A DNA stretch of 64,000 nt from Bacteroidetes bacterium UBA3022 (GTDB lineage Bacteria > Bacteroidota > Bacteroidia > Chitinophagales > BACL12). Positions 38,301-46,757 of this stretch are shown here, in pieces; position 1 is the first letter of the stretch, and each line of letters begins with the position of its first letter. The DNA lies in assembly GCA_002346225.1 (NCBI GenBank), contig DDYY01000064.1:6261-70260 (forward strand), written 5' to 3'. Both the position numbers and the translations under genes were made by a program. The notes under the pieces were generated by a model. The model searched no databases, was not told where the DNA came from, and worked only from the letters and a program-made list of their open reading frames with translations.

Positions 38301-38321
38301 AAAATGACGCATAAGAAGCAT
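35304..38321 (-). CDS. TonB-dependent receptor (carboxypeptidase-regulatory-like N-domain, Oar-type)
   Basis: Signal peptide ending LSA-Q. Plug YTIDGFDNN..YSTEYG..GVIDITTRSG; LTFGLRYDY; C-terminus PRQFQFGARYYF. Confidence 0.93.
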   Translation of the reverse strand: MLLMRHFILTTISILFISLLSAQVDLVVSVTDLASAEPLEGITVNIENIQIGFTDQGLTDDQGKVRFKGLPTNGLYNVQTVGNAAYYPASASNIELKNNEKASVQLTMARISETTLEEVAISAKSTTRINTINAEVASELNLKEIQQIPVEGRDITRVLFRLPNVVQATGFYPEAPSVSIMGANSLYTNYTIDGFDNNERFLGGQKFAIPVGFARNVTVLTNNYSTEYGLTGNGVIDITTRSGSNDFSAEAFYVTRPGAAIDTLFTGASPYTQRDLSGNQVNNTFMRQQFGIGFGGAITKDKTFYYVNVEQTFDFKENLLDVDRLNLLASVPGQNTFTYVSGKIDHRWSNRFCSSLRANLGLTGIERQGGGLEGGVAFPSAANTQQRNAFIIASKNSYVGAAFSSETNVQYSRFRWNYADPVNGAGPSVTVFDSITPGPIAILGHPGYYFDDLENTIQLQQKLNFYRGNHTIKTGVEFISSDFQLAAGGNPDGNYSVLLSSAQFNDIAQFGTALDVNDIPADALVTGYSVELRPATFGTRQNIISIYAEDQYSVNNRLNLTFGLRYDYDDLSKGGSEQGDLNNLAPRASFNYKLNNRSVLRGGYAMVYDKILYAVYSDALQQNTNSADYRRQLQALIDQGALPENTNLDLITFEGTLSAFAAGVPYLNGPSAAELQAQRDQVFSAERRILNPNGFQNPQTHQFSLGYQVQLSEDKLFYIDGFYNKTNFLYRLRDVNAPAPFYPGPAFTASDVRDPAAADLTRPVAIYEGSYAIIDGDTVYGVARNVVMTETAGESRFFGISLNLQKDRSDDNYSWRFIYTLSRNENNTEDINFRAMDANRFEDEWGPSINDRTHVFNTIFNLFPWEGWQFTFAGLVQSGMPINRIPDAALYGTIDLNGDLSTNAFTGQYTGITDRSPGETRNSDRLPWNNTIDLAAQYTFNMKGGGHFEIRADVFNLLNAENLSGYFNNATQSNQIQVGPASSGVLVRRNAAPPRQFQFGARYYF

Positions 38322-38365
38322 TTTGCTTTAAGAAAATAGGGTTTCAAAAAATTCGAAGGAATGCT

Positions 38366-39049
38366 TTAGATGTGCGGGGGACCGCGATGTTCGGGACTGC
38401 CGGGATGAAAGCCGGACAGCAGGGCTACAGGTTGTGGTTGCCACAAACCCGGTAACAACATAAGTGATAAAACCTGCTGCAACCATTGCAGTTGATGCGA
38501 CCTTATCGGCAGGCGCAGCAGCTTAAAAGTGTCGGCAAGCGAATTGATATCGTGCAGTCTCGGCAGCGTTGCTCTCCTGTCCGGTGTAGAATTTTCAATG
38601 GCGGCAAATAATCCGGCCGATTGCCAGGGAAGTGCCGCAATATCGGTTTGGGTAAAAGCAGCACGGCTCAAACCCAGGAGGTACACACCACCTCTGTAAT
38701 CAGGACCGCCCACTACATCGTGGTATTCCAGCATTGCTGCCGCCTTGCGCAGATGATGGCTTTTCAGCTGGGGACAATCGCTCCCAATGGCAATTACATT
38801 TTCATACCCCTGATCGAAAGCCAATTGTAAGGCGCGCTGCAGTCGTAAGCCGAAGGTAGGTCCTTCCTGATGCGCAGTTGTATGCAGTATAACCGGCAAC
38901 CCCGACTGCGCTGCCACTTTTCTCGCATGCTGCCATAAGCCACTGGCCAGTTTGTAGTTGAACCGCTCTTTCCATTGTTTGCTTCTAACCTCGTCTTCCG
39001 GATTACGGGCAAATATTAAGATAGCGGTATTTGAGTCGTGGCGGTGCAC
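38366..39049 (-). CDS. Degenerate DUF2064/CofC-like (GT-A fold) protein with C-terminal RGPP motif
   Basis: TAILIFAR, QEGPTFGLRL, IAIGSDCPQL, GPDYRGGVYLLG, LPWQ, DIN. The tail ends ..GSPEHRGPPHI*. Confidence 0.85.
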   Translation of the reverse strand: MHRHDSNTAILIFARNPEDEVRSKQWKERFNYKLASGLWQHARKVAAQSGLPVILHTTAHQEGPTFGLRLQRALQLAFDQGYENVIAIGSDCPQLKSHHLRKAAAMLEYHDVVGGPDYRGGVYLLGLSRAAFTQTDIAALPWQSAGLFAAIENSTPDRRATLPRLHDINSLADTFKLLRLPIRSHQLQWLQQVLSLMLLPGLWQPQPVALLSGFHPGSPEHRGPPHI

Positions 39050-39104
39050 CGGTAAATATGACTGTAAATATAGGTAAGCTCTTTTTAGTTCAGGATACCG
39101 GCTT

Positions 39105-40457
39105 TTATAGTGTCCTTTTCAGGATATAAAAAGAGTGGGGCGCCGGTGCAAGGCTGCCAGCTATGGTCATGGATGCGCCTGTCATCATATCTACCCACTG
39201 CCCTTCCAGATCTTCCGGTAATGGTGTCGCGCCCACTGTTGCATTTCGCGGATTAACAATGTACATGATTTGCACGTTGTCCGCTTCCTTCACAAAAGTG
39301 GCAATATGAAAACCGGTATCGACCCAGCGAATTTCCGCAGCACGCGCTGCCGGCTCCGAAGTGTATATCTGCATCAGCTTGCGGTAGGTTGCCAACACAT
39401 CCGGATTATCAAACCAGTTGATGGTTCCCCGGCTAAAGAAAGGGGTTGTGGTGGTCTTACCTACTTCCTGTCCATTGTAAATGAGCGGCACTCCTCCTAA
39501 AAAAGTACTGAATACAAAGGCAGATAGTGCAGCATCCTGGCCACCGAAAAGGACGGGCGGTGGTGCATCCCAGGCCGATTCATCGTGGTTGGTGGTAAAA
39601 CGCAACCTTCGGGTGCCCGGAGGCATGGGACTATACTCTGCATTGTGGGTGCTCCAAAGGGTGGCAACAGCAGCATTCTGATTGAATACCTGTTGCAGAC
39701 TTCCGTAAAAACTCCATCCGTAATTCATTTGAAACCCGGCCGCAAAATGGTCGGCCCGCGCACCCTCGGCCAACAGTATCAGCCCTTCGCCATGACGCCT
39801 GTGCAGGGAATCAATAGCTTGCTGCCAGAAATCAAAGGGAACGTAATCGGCGGCGTCGCAGCGAAATCCGTCAATTCCGGTATTCGTAACCCAGAATGAC
39901 AGGGCATCGATCATGGCCCGGCGCATAGCTGCATTGTCGAAGTTCAAGTCTGCTACGTCATTCCAACCCGTTCCCGGAGGTGAGACGATATTTCCTGCAG
40001 CATCCTGCGTATACCACGAGGTGTTGGATATCCATGGGTTATCCCATGCGGTATGGTTGGCGACCCAATCAAGTATGACCGCTATGCCGCGCTCGTGTGC
40101 TGCATCTACCAGCTCCTGAAAATCCTGCATATCGCCAAATTCCGGATTGACCGCCTGATAGTCGGCAACTGCATAGGGCGACCCCAATTGACCCACACTG
40201 TTGAGTTGCCCGACCGGGAAAACCGGCATCAGCCAAATGGTATTGACACCCAGACTGGCCATATGATCCAGACCTGCAGTTACACCGTCAAAGTCGTAGG
40301 TATCACTGAACACACGGAGATTCACCTCATACATCACCATTTCCTGCACGGATGGAGGAACGAATTGTTCCGTATCCAGCACAGGTGCATCAGTGGTGCA
40401 GGACCAGCTGAAAAAGAACACTGGTAAACAAAATAAAATATATTTAATATTTTTCAT
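39105..40457 (-). CDS. GH13 alpha-amylase-family lipoprotein
   Basis: Lipobox FSWSC. DWVANH, GFRCDAA (nucleophile), LAEG, NHDE. Confidence 0.92.
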   Translation of the reverse strand: MKNIKYILFCLPVFFFSWSCTTDAPVLDTEQFVPPSVQEMVMYEVNLRVFSDTYDFDGVTAGLDHMASLGVNTIWLMPVFPVGQLNSVGQLGSPYAVADYQAVNPEFGDMQDFQELVDAAHERGIAVILDWVANHTAWDNPWISNTSWYTQDAAGNIVSPPGTGWNDVADLNFDNAAMRRAMIDALSFWVTNTGIDGFRCDAADYVPFDFWQQAIDSLHRRHGEGLILLAEGARADHFAAGFQMNYGWSFYGSLQQVFNQNAAVATLWSTHNAEYSPMPPGTRRLRFTTNHDESAWDAPPPVLFGGQDAALSAFVFSTFLGGVPLIYNGQEVGKTTTTPFFSRGTINWFDNPDVLATYRKLMQIYTSEPAARAAEIRWVDTGFHIATFVKEADNVQIMYIVNPRNATVGATPLPEDLEGQWVDMMTGASMTIAGSLAPAPHSFYILKRTL

Positions 40458-40477
40458 GGGTAGATGGGTGCTCCCGG

Positions 40478-40861
40478 TTATTTCTCCATAGAGCCACCGA
40501 ACATTTTATCCATGGAAACATGCACTTTCCATTGTCCGTCTTCCATGATCAGCTCATAGACCATTTCCATATTGTTCTGGTCTTTACCGGAAACGGCAGC
40601 AGTGTCGCCGGTTATTTTGGTAGCCTCTTCATTGATATCAATGGAAATCACTTCTCCATCTCCTTCACTGCCAAAGCCCGATAGGATATTGATAGTGGCT
40701 GCGCTTTCTTCAGAGGATAATGCCTTTGCCTCATCCCAGTTCCGGCTGTTGACCGCTTCTACAAATGCTTCCACGGTAGCTTCCGGAGATCTCTTGGAAG
40801 AACAGGACATCATGAAGGGGATTATCAGGGATACTAGTAACAGGTGCTTCAATTTGTTCAT
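40478..40861 (-). CDS. Small lipoprotein (DUF4878/NTF2-like)
   Basis: Lipobox MMSC; SPEATVEAF..A..WDEAK..EDGQWKV. Confidence 0.75.
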   Translation of the reverse strand: MNKLKHLLLVSLIIPFMMSCSSKRSPEATVEAFVEAVNSRNWDEAKALSSEESAATINILSGFGSEGDGEVISIDINEEATKITGDTAAVSGKDQNNMEMVYELIMEDGQWKVHVSMDKMFGGSMEK

Positions 40862-40906
40862 TTGGTTGGATTTCGTGCAACGAAGGTAATTGTAATTTCT
40901 ATTCTG

Positions 40907-41329
40907 CTACTCGGTAACTATGTCATCTTTTGGCAATGAGCCGGCGTATGGAATAATCATTCTGGTCCGCAACCGCTCATCACAAAAGTGGAAATCGACC
41001 GGTGCACCGTGGAATACAAATTCTGATAGTTCTCCGGTGGTTACCCGGGCCGCCTGTATGTTCTCTTCATCTGCTTCCGCCCCTTCCACCATGACCATTT
41101 TAAATTGATAGGTGCCTTCCTGCTTATCTATCTGCACCGAGAGGGGTTGCTGATCAACGGTACCTGAACCCTGCAGGTATTGCTGCAACCGGATGGCCTC
41201 CGATTCGGTGATGTGTTCGGTATAGTAAAGCTCTGCCTTGCCGAAAGCCAGTCTGGTGCCGTAGTCGGGAGGACTGCATGCAGCGAAAAAAATAAACAAC
41301 AGCAGGAATAGGTAGGTCTTTGAATGCAT
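40907..41329 (-). CDS. Hypothetical lipoprotein
   Basis: Lipobox FAAC; 140-aa ORF co-oriented with its neighbours. Confidence 0.7.
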   Translation of the reverse strand: MHSKTYLFLLLFIFFAACSPPDYGTRLAFGKAELYYTEHITESEAIRLQQYLQGSGTVDQQPLSVQIDKQEGTYQFKMVMVEGAEADEENIQAARVTTGELSEFVFHGAPVDFHFCDERLRTRMIIPYAGSLPKDDIVTE

Positions 41330-41354
41330 TGTTCAAATTTACATCAACCACAAT

Positions 41355-41385
41355 AAAAAAGACCGGCAGTTTGTTGACTGCCGGC
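41355..41385 (-). terminator. Terminator after nrdJ
   Basis: CCGGCAGT/ACTGCCGG stem followed by T6 on the minus strand. Confidence 0.75.
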
Positions 41386-41413
41386 CGGTGTTTTTTATAG
41401 GATGCTGCAACAA

Positions 41414-44400
41414 TTAGCTGCAACCCAGACTCTCACCACAGTTGAGGCACTTGTAACAAGTACCGTTGCGGATGGTGGTATGACCGCAACTCGGACACAG
41501 CGGAGCATCGCCCATCATCGTGGAGTTGGCTGCTGACTGTGCGTCGCGTGTCACTTTCAGGGTACTCGCGCTGGGTTTAGCAGCAGCTACCGGCTCTGTT
41601 TCAGCCTGCTTCTTGGCTGCAGGGCGACTGTTGACAGGGTATTCTCCTCTGGCTTCAGACGATAAATCCTGTGTGGATTTTTCCTGCTGCACAATTTGTT
41701 CAGGTGCTACGTGTACCAGGTCGTTGCGATCGAGGTATTCGAAGGCCATAAGGCGGAACACATAGTCAACTATGGAAGTACTGAACTTGATATTGCTGTG
41801 ATCTACCGGTCCGCTTGGTTCAAAACGGGTGAAGGTAAATTTGTCTACAAACTCTTCCAGTGGCACACCGTACTGCAGGCCGATGGATATAGCGATAGCG
41901 AAACAGTTCACCAGAGAGCGGAAGGAAGCACCTTCTTTGTGCAGGTCGATGAAGATTTCACCTAAGGTGCCGTCATCGTATTCGCCGGTGCGGACAAATA
42001 TGGTCTGTCCTCCGATTTTAGATTTCTGGGTAAAGCCCGAACGCTTGGCAGGAAGTTTTTTCCTTTCCACCACTCTGGACAGCCTTCTTTTAAAGATGGT
42101 GTCTTTAGAGCTCATGATGATGGAGCGCGCAGCTTCCAGCACTTCGTCTTCTGTCCATTGGTGGGCAACTTCCTCTTTATCTTCTTTCTTATCACTGCGT
42201 GTAGAGAGCGGCTGAGACAGCTTGCTTCCGTCGCGGTACAGGGCGTTGGCTTTCAGTCCCAATTCCCATGATAACTGATAACACTCCTGAATCTCCGCTT
42301 CGGTAGCCTCGTTAGGCAGGTTGATGGTTTTGGAGATGGCACCGGAAATAAACGGTTGCACGGCACCCATCATTCTGATATGTCCTGTCGGGTGGATGTA
42401 ACGCTGACCGGTTTTACCGCATTTATTGGCACAGTCGAATACTTCGTAATGTGCTTCTTTCAGGTGTGGTGCTCCTTCTATAGTCATGGTTCCGCAAATC
42501 ACATCGTTGGCCTCTTCAATCTGCTCGTTGGTAAAGCCGAGTGCTTTCAGCAGGTTGAAGGAAGGATCCAGGTATTGTTCGCTGTTGATACCCAGGCGTT
42601 GCAGGGTAGGCTCACCTACGGTAAACACATTGAAGGCAAAGCTGATTTCGAATGCTGATTGCACTACTTTGTCGAGGTGCAGTATTTCACTGTCGCTGAA
42701 ACCTTTGGCGGCAAGCGACTCAAAGTTGATGTGCGGTGCATTTTTCAGTGTACCTGTACCTTTCGCATAATCGACGATAGCTTTGATGGAATCGTCTTTG
42801 TATCCGAGGTTTTTCAGTGCCAGTGGTATAGACTGGTTGATGATTTTAAAGTAACCTCCACCGGAAAGTTTCTTGAATTTCACGAGTGCGAAATCGGGTT
42901 CTACACCGGTAGTATCACAATCCATGACCAGTCCGATGGTACCTGTTGGTGCGATAACTGTAGCCTGTGCATTGCGGTAGCCGTGTTCTTCTCCCAGGCG
43001 AACAGCGTCGTCCCAGGCGTTGCAGGCAGCGCGCAGCAGGTATTCCGGACACAGTTTCTGGTCGATACCCATAGGTTGAATTTCCAGCCCTTCGTAGTTG
43101 CCGGCAGCATTGTAAGCTGCATAGCGGTGGTTGCGCATTACCCGTAGCATATCTTCGCGGTTGCGCTCAAAGCCGGCAAACGGACCGATGGCAGCAGCCA
43201 TTTCAGCAGAGGTGCGGTAAGCCACACCCGTCATGATGGCCGAGATAGAACCGGCGATGGCTCTTGCCTTGTCGCTGTCGTAAGCAATACCGGAAATCAT
43301 CAGCAATGAACCCAGGTTAGCGAAACCGAGACCGAGTGTTCTGAAGTCGTAAGAAAGCTTAGCCACTTCTTCGCTGGGGAATTGTGCCATCAGCACAGAT
43401 ATTTCCAGAACGGTAGTCCATACGCGGCAGGCATGTTCGAATGCCTCCACATTGAATACCAGTTTTTCGTCGTCGTAGAACTTGCGCAGGTTGAGTGAAG
43501 CAAGGTTACAAGCTGTGTTATCCAGGAACATGTACTCGCTGCACGGATTGGATGCATTGATGCGGCCATCCTGCGGACAAGTATGCCATTCGTTAATGGT
43601 AGTATCGTATTGTACACCGGGGTCAGCACAACGCCATGCAGCATGTGCGATCTTGTTCCACAGTTCCCTTGCAGGAACGGAGGCCATCGTTTCTCCTGTG
43701 CTGCGTGCCTTCAGTTCCCAGTTGGCATCGTCTTTCACGGCCTGGAAGAACGCATTCGGTATGCGGATGGAATTATTGGAGTTCTGTCCGGCAACAGTGC
43801 GGTAAGCTTCTCCTTCGTAGTCGCTGGAATAACCTGCGGCAATGAGGGCAGCTACCTTATCTTCTTCTTTTACTTTCCACTCTATGAATTTGATGATCTC
43901 AGGGTGGTCGAGATCGAGACAAACCATTTTAGCAGCGCGACGGGTAGTTCCTCCACTCTTGATGGCGCCGGCAGCAGCATCACCAATTTTGAGGAATGAC
44001 ATCAGACCTGAAGAGGTCCCGCCACCGGAAAGCTTTTCTCCCTCTCCCCGAATGCGGGAGAAGTTGGTGCCCACACCGGAGCCGTATTTGAATATCCTGG
44101 CTTCCCTTGTCCAGAGGTCCATGATACCACCTTCGTTCACCAGGTCATCATCAACGCTGAGGATGAAACAGGCATGTGGTTGCGGACGCTCATAAGCGGA
44201 AGTAGACTTTTTAAGTTTCTCTGTTTTAGGGTCAACGTAGTAATGCCCCTGTGGCTTACCCGAAATACCGTAGCTGGAGTGCAGCCCTGTGTTGAACCAT
44301 TGCGGAGAGTTCGGTGCAGCATACTGACCGATTATCATGAATACCAGTTCTTCATAGAACACTGTTGCATCGGTAGCAGAGGCAAAGTAGTTATGGCGCT

Positions 44401-44710
44401 CTCCCCACTGCTTCCAGCAATCAGCCAGGCGGTGAGCCACCTGCTTGATAGAATTTTCGGAGCCGGTGCTGCCATCTGGCTGAGGAACACCTGCCTTGCG
44501 AAAATACTTCTGTGCCAGAATATCGGTAGCCACCTGACTCCATGTCTTCGGCACCTCCACATTATTCATTTCAAATACCACATCTCCGGTGGTATTGCGA
44601 ATTACGCTGGTGCGGAGATCGTAGTCAAACATGTCGAAAGGACTTACCCCTTCGCGGGTGAAGTTTCTTTCAAACTTCAGGCCGTTGCCTGTTGCTTTGT
44701 GTGCTGCCAT
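41414..44710 (-). CDS. nrdJ: Vitamin B12-dependent (class II) ribonucleotide reductase
   Basis: PNSPQWFN, HACFI, ASNPCSE, TACNL, IAPTGTI, GAISKTIN. TSCPD-like domain and C-terminal zinc ribbon. Confidence 0.97.
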   Translation of the reverse strand: MAAHKATGNGLKFERNFTREGVSPFDMFDYDLRTSVIRNTTGDVVFEMNNVEVPKTWSQVATDILAQKYFRKAGVPQPDGSTGSENSIKQVAHRLADCWKQWGERHNYFASATDATVFYEELVFMIIGQYAAPNSPQWFNTGLHSSYGISGKPQGHYYVDPKTEKLKKSTSAYERPQPHACFILSVDDDLVNEGGIMDLWTREARIFKYGSGVGTNFSRIRGEGEKLSGGGTSSGLMSFLKIGDAAAGAIKSGGTTRRAAKMVCLDLDHPEIIKFIEWKVKEEDKVAALIAAGYSSDYEGEAYRTVAGQNSNNSIRIPNAFFQAVKDDANWELKARSTGETMASVPARELWNKIAHAAWRCADPGVQYDTTINEWHTCPQDGRINASNPCSEYMFLDNTACNLASLNLRKFYDDEKLVFNVEAFEHACRVWTTVLEISVLMAQFPSEEVAKLSYDFRTLGLGFANLGSLLMISGIAYDSDKARAIAGSISAIMTGVAYRTSAEMAAAIGPFAGFERNREDMLRVMRNHRYAAYNAAGNYEGLEIQPMGIDQKLCPEYLLRAACNAWDDAVRLGEEHGYRNAQATVIAPTGTIGLVMDCDTTGVEPDFALVKFKKLSGGGYFKIINQSIPLALKNLGYKDDSIKAIVDYAKGTGTLKNAPHINFESLAAKGFSDSEILHLDKVVQSAFEISFAFNVFTVGEPTLQRLGINSEQYLDPSFNLLKALGFTNEQIEEANDVICGTMTIEGAPHLKEAHYEVFDCANKCGKTGQRYIHPTGHIRMMGAVQPFISGAISKTINLPNEATEAEIQECYQLSWELGLKANALYRDGSKLSQPLSTRSDKKEDKEEVAHQWTEDEVLEAARSIIMSSKDTIFKRRLSRVVERKKLPAKRSGFTQKSKIGGQTIFVRTGEYDDGTLGEIFIDLHKEGASFRSLVNCFAIAISIGLQYGVPLEEFVDKFTFTRFEPSGPVDHSNIKFSTSIVDYVFRLMAFEYLDRNDLVHVAPEQIVQQEKSTQDLSSEARGEYPVNSRPAAKKQAETEPVAAAKPSASTLKVTRDAQSAANSTMMGDAPLCPSCGHTTIRNGTCYKCLNCGESLGCS

Positions 44711-45055
44711 AGTTCAATTCTTGCTTTACAGTTGGTAAAAATGGTTCAGATTGATATCTTAAAGACGCGAAACCACCCTTGGATTCCTCGGGTGGTGTTC
44801 CGAAAGTACGAAGGAATACTGTCGACTTTCAAGTATGATTTCTTCACACCCCTGTGAATAACAGACGTAGTGTTTGGTATAGTCGGCATTCAGGGTGTAT
44901 ATATTTTAATTTTACGCAATGATTACATTCTGATAACAGTATGTTAACCGCTGAAATTGGCTGGATATCCTTAACACCAACTCCCGTTCGCGGGACAACC
45001 ACTTGTTGAAACACAGGAATAAATACCCTAATTTTGTAACTGTTCAACCGCAACC

Positions 45056-45814
45056 GTGCCTGTATATCCTTATATAAGAGAACAATACGCCATCGGCAAG
45101 AAGCTGTTCGCTGTGCTGGTAGACCCTGACGACATAACTACGGAGGGTATAGACCGGCTTGCCGGAATGGCCGCCGATAGCGGGGTAGACCTGTTTTTCG
45201 TTGGTGGAAGCCTGGTGACCGGCACGCATATGGAAGCCTGCATTCGCCAGCTGAAGGAACGCACCAATATTCCCGTTGTCATTTTCCCCGGTAGCATTCA
45301 ACAGGTAAGTCCGGAAGCAGATGCCCTTTTATTCCTGTCCCTGATATCGGGCCGGAATCCGGAGTTGCTCATCGGCAACCAGGTGCTGGCCGCTCCTTAT
45401 ATCAAACGCAGTGGTCTGGAAGCTATGGCCACCGGTTATATGTTGATAGACGGCGGTGCGCCCACCACTGTTTCCTATATCAGTAACACGCTTCCCATTC
45501 CTGCCGATAAAAAAGAGATAGCCGTGAGCACCGCCATGGCAGGAGAGCTGCTGGGCATGCACCTGATCTATATGGATGCCGGCAGTGGTGCGAAAAATGC
45601 AATTCCCGCTTCCATGATTGCCGCAGTGGCCCAAAACTGTTCCCTTCCTTTAATAATAGGAGGCGGTATCCGCACTCCGGAACAGGCCTATGAAAGCGCC
45701 GGTGCCGGTGCCGGAATCATCGTTGTGGGCAATGCCATTGAAAAGGACCCCTCTCTGATAGGAGAAATTTCTTTTGCTATCCATTCTGCATCCCGCGCCA
45801 GCGCATCATTGTGA
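45056..45814 (+). CDS. Geranylgeranylglyceryl/heptaprenylglyceryl phosphate synthase family
   Basis: LVDPD, FVGGS, FPG, SLISGRNP, TGYMLIDGG, YMDAGSGA, GGGIR, VVGN. Confidence 0.93.
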   Translation: MPVYPYIREQYAIGKKLFAVLVDPDDITTEGIDRLAGMAADSGVDLFFVGGSLVTGTHMEACIRQLKERTNIPVVIFPGSIQQVSPEADALLFLSLISGRNPELLIGNQVLAAPYIKRSGLEAMATGYMLIDGGAPTTVSYISNTLPIPADKKEIAVSTAMAGELLGMHLIYMDAGSGAKNAIPASMIAAVAQNCSLPLIIGGGIRTPEQAYESAGAGAGIIVVGNAIEKDPSLIGEISFAIHSASRASASL

Positions 45815-45830
45815 TTTTTACCTTTGTACC

Positions 45831-46754
45831 ATGCGAGGAAGGGTGATACAGAGCACCGGCAGCTGGTATGAGGTACTACTTGACAACCAAACAGTCATCA
45901 GTTGCCGCCTGAAGGGAAAATTCCGACTGCAGGAAAAGAAGATTACCAATCCGGTAGCTGTGGGTGACATCGTGGAGGTAGATGCCGATGAAGAGGGATC
46001 CTCCGTCATTCATACCATCGCCCCCCGCCACAATTACCTGGTACGGGAAGCTCCCCAGAAAAAAGAACACACCCATATTATCGCCTCCAACATCGATCAG
46101 GTGCTGGTGATTGCTACCTTGAGTAAACCCCGCACCAGTCCCGGATTCATCGACCGGGTGTTATTTATGGCAGAGGTGTACGGTATTCCGGCACGGGTAG
46201 TTTTCAATAAAGCGGATTTGTACACCGACAAGGAAATGCAACTCCTGGAGGAGCGCATGGACATTTACGCGCATGCCGGCTATCCCGCTTTCACGACCTC
46301 TGCGGTTAGCGGTGAAAACCTCGAACACCTGAAAGAACTGCTGCACGATAAGACTACTTTACTGACCGGACATTCCGGTGTGGGCAAGTCCTCCCTCATC
46401 AATGCCATCCAACCCGGATTAGAGCTGCGGACAGGAGCGCTGTCTGCCACCCACGAGAAAGGGCAGCATACCACCACGTTCGCCCGTATGTTACCCCTCA
46501 GCATGGGCGGCTTTATTGTCGACACACCGGGCATCAAGGAATTCGGCATGGTGCACGTAGAGGCAAAAGAAGCAGGACACTATTTTCCCGAAATCAGAAA
46601 AGAAATGGCCGGCTGTCGCTTTCACGACTGTGTACATTACAACGAAACCAACTGCGCAGTAAAAACAGCACAGGAAGAGGGGCGTTTCGCCACAGAGCGC
46701 TATCTTTCCTACCTCAGTATCTATGAAGAGCTGTTGGAAAAAAAACCCTGGTAA
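45831..46754 (+). CDS. rsgA: Ribosome small subunit-dependent GTPase A
   Basis: NKAD, GHSGVGKSS, GQHTTT, DTPG, C-terminal CRFHDCVH..E..C. Confidence 0.97.
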   Translation: MRGRVIQSTGSWYEVLLDNQTVISCRLKGKFRLQEKKITNPVAVGDIVEVDADEEGSSVIHTIAPRHNYLVREAPQKKEHTHIIASNIDQVLVIATLSKPRTSPGFIDRVLFMAEVYGIPARVVFNKADLYTDKEMQLLEERMDIYAHAGYPAFTTSAVSGENLEHLKELLHDKTTLLTGHSGVGKSSLINAIQPGLELRTGALSATHEKGQHTTTFARMLPLSMGGFIVDTPGIKEFGMVHVEAKEAGHYFPEIRKEMAGCRFHDCVHYNETNCAVKTAQEEGRFATERYLSYLSIYEELLEKKPW

Positions 46755-46757
46755 ACG

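Noticed and set aside
39105-40457. GH13 gene plus the TBDR as a starch PUL
   Set aside because: There is no SusD and the receptor is not SusC-type. DUF2064 intervenes and has its own candidate promoter region (39050-39080), so the GH13 gene is probably unrelated, although read-through cannot be excluded.
41414-44710. Intein or intron in nrdJ
   Set aside because: The ORF is continuous with normal motif spacing, and no C..HN splice junction or LAGLIDADG block was seen.
44711-45055. Cobalamin riboswitch or NrdR boxes upstream of nrdJ
   Set aside because: No B12-box core is visible. There is only one hairpin (about 44771-44799) and a weak palindrome (CAACCACTTGTTG), which is insufficient.
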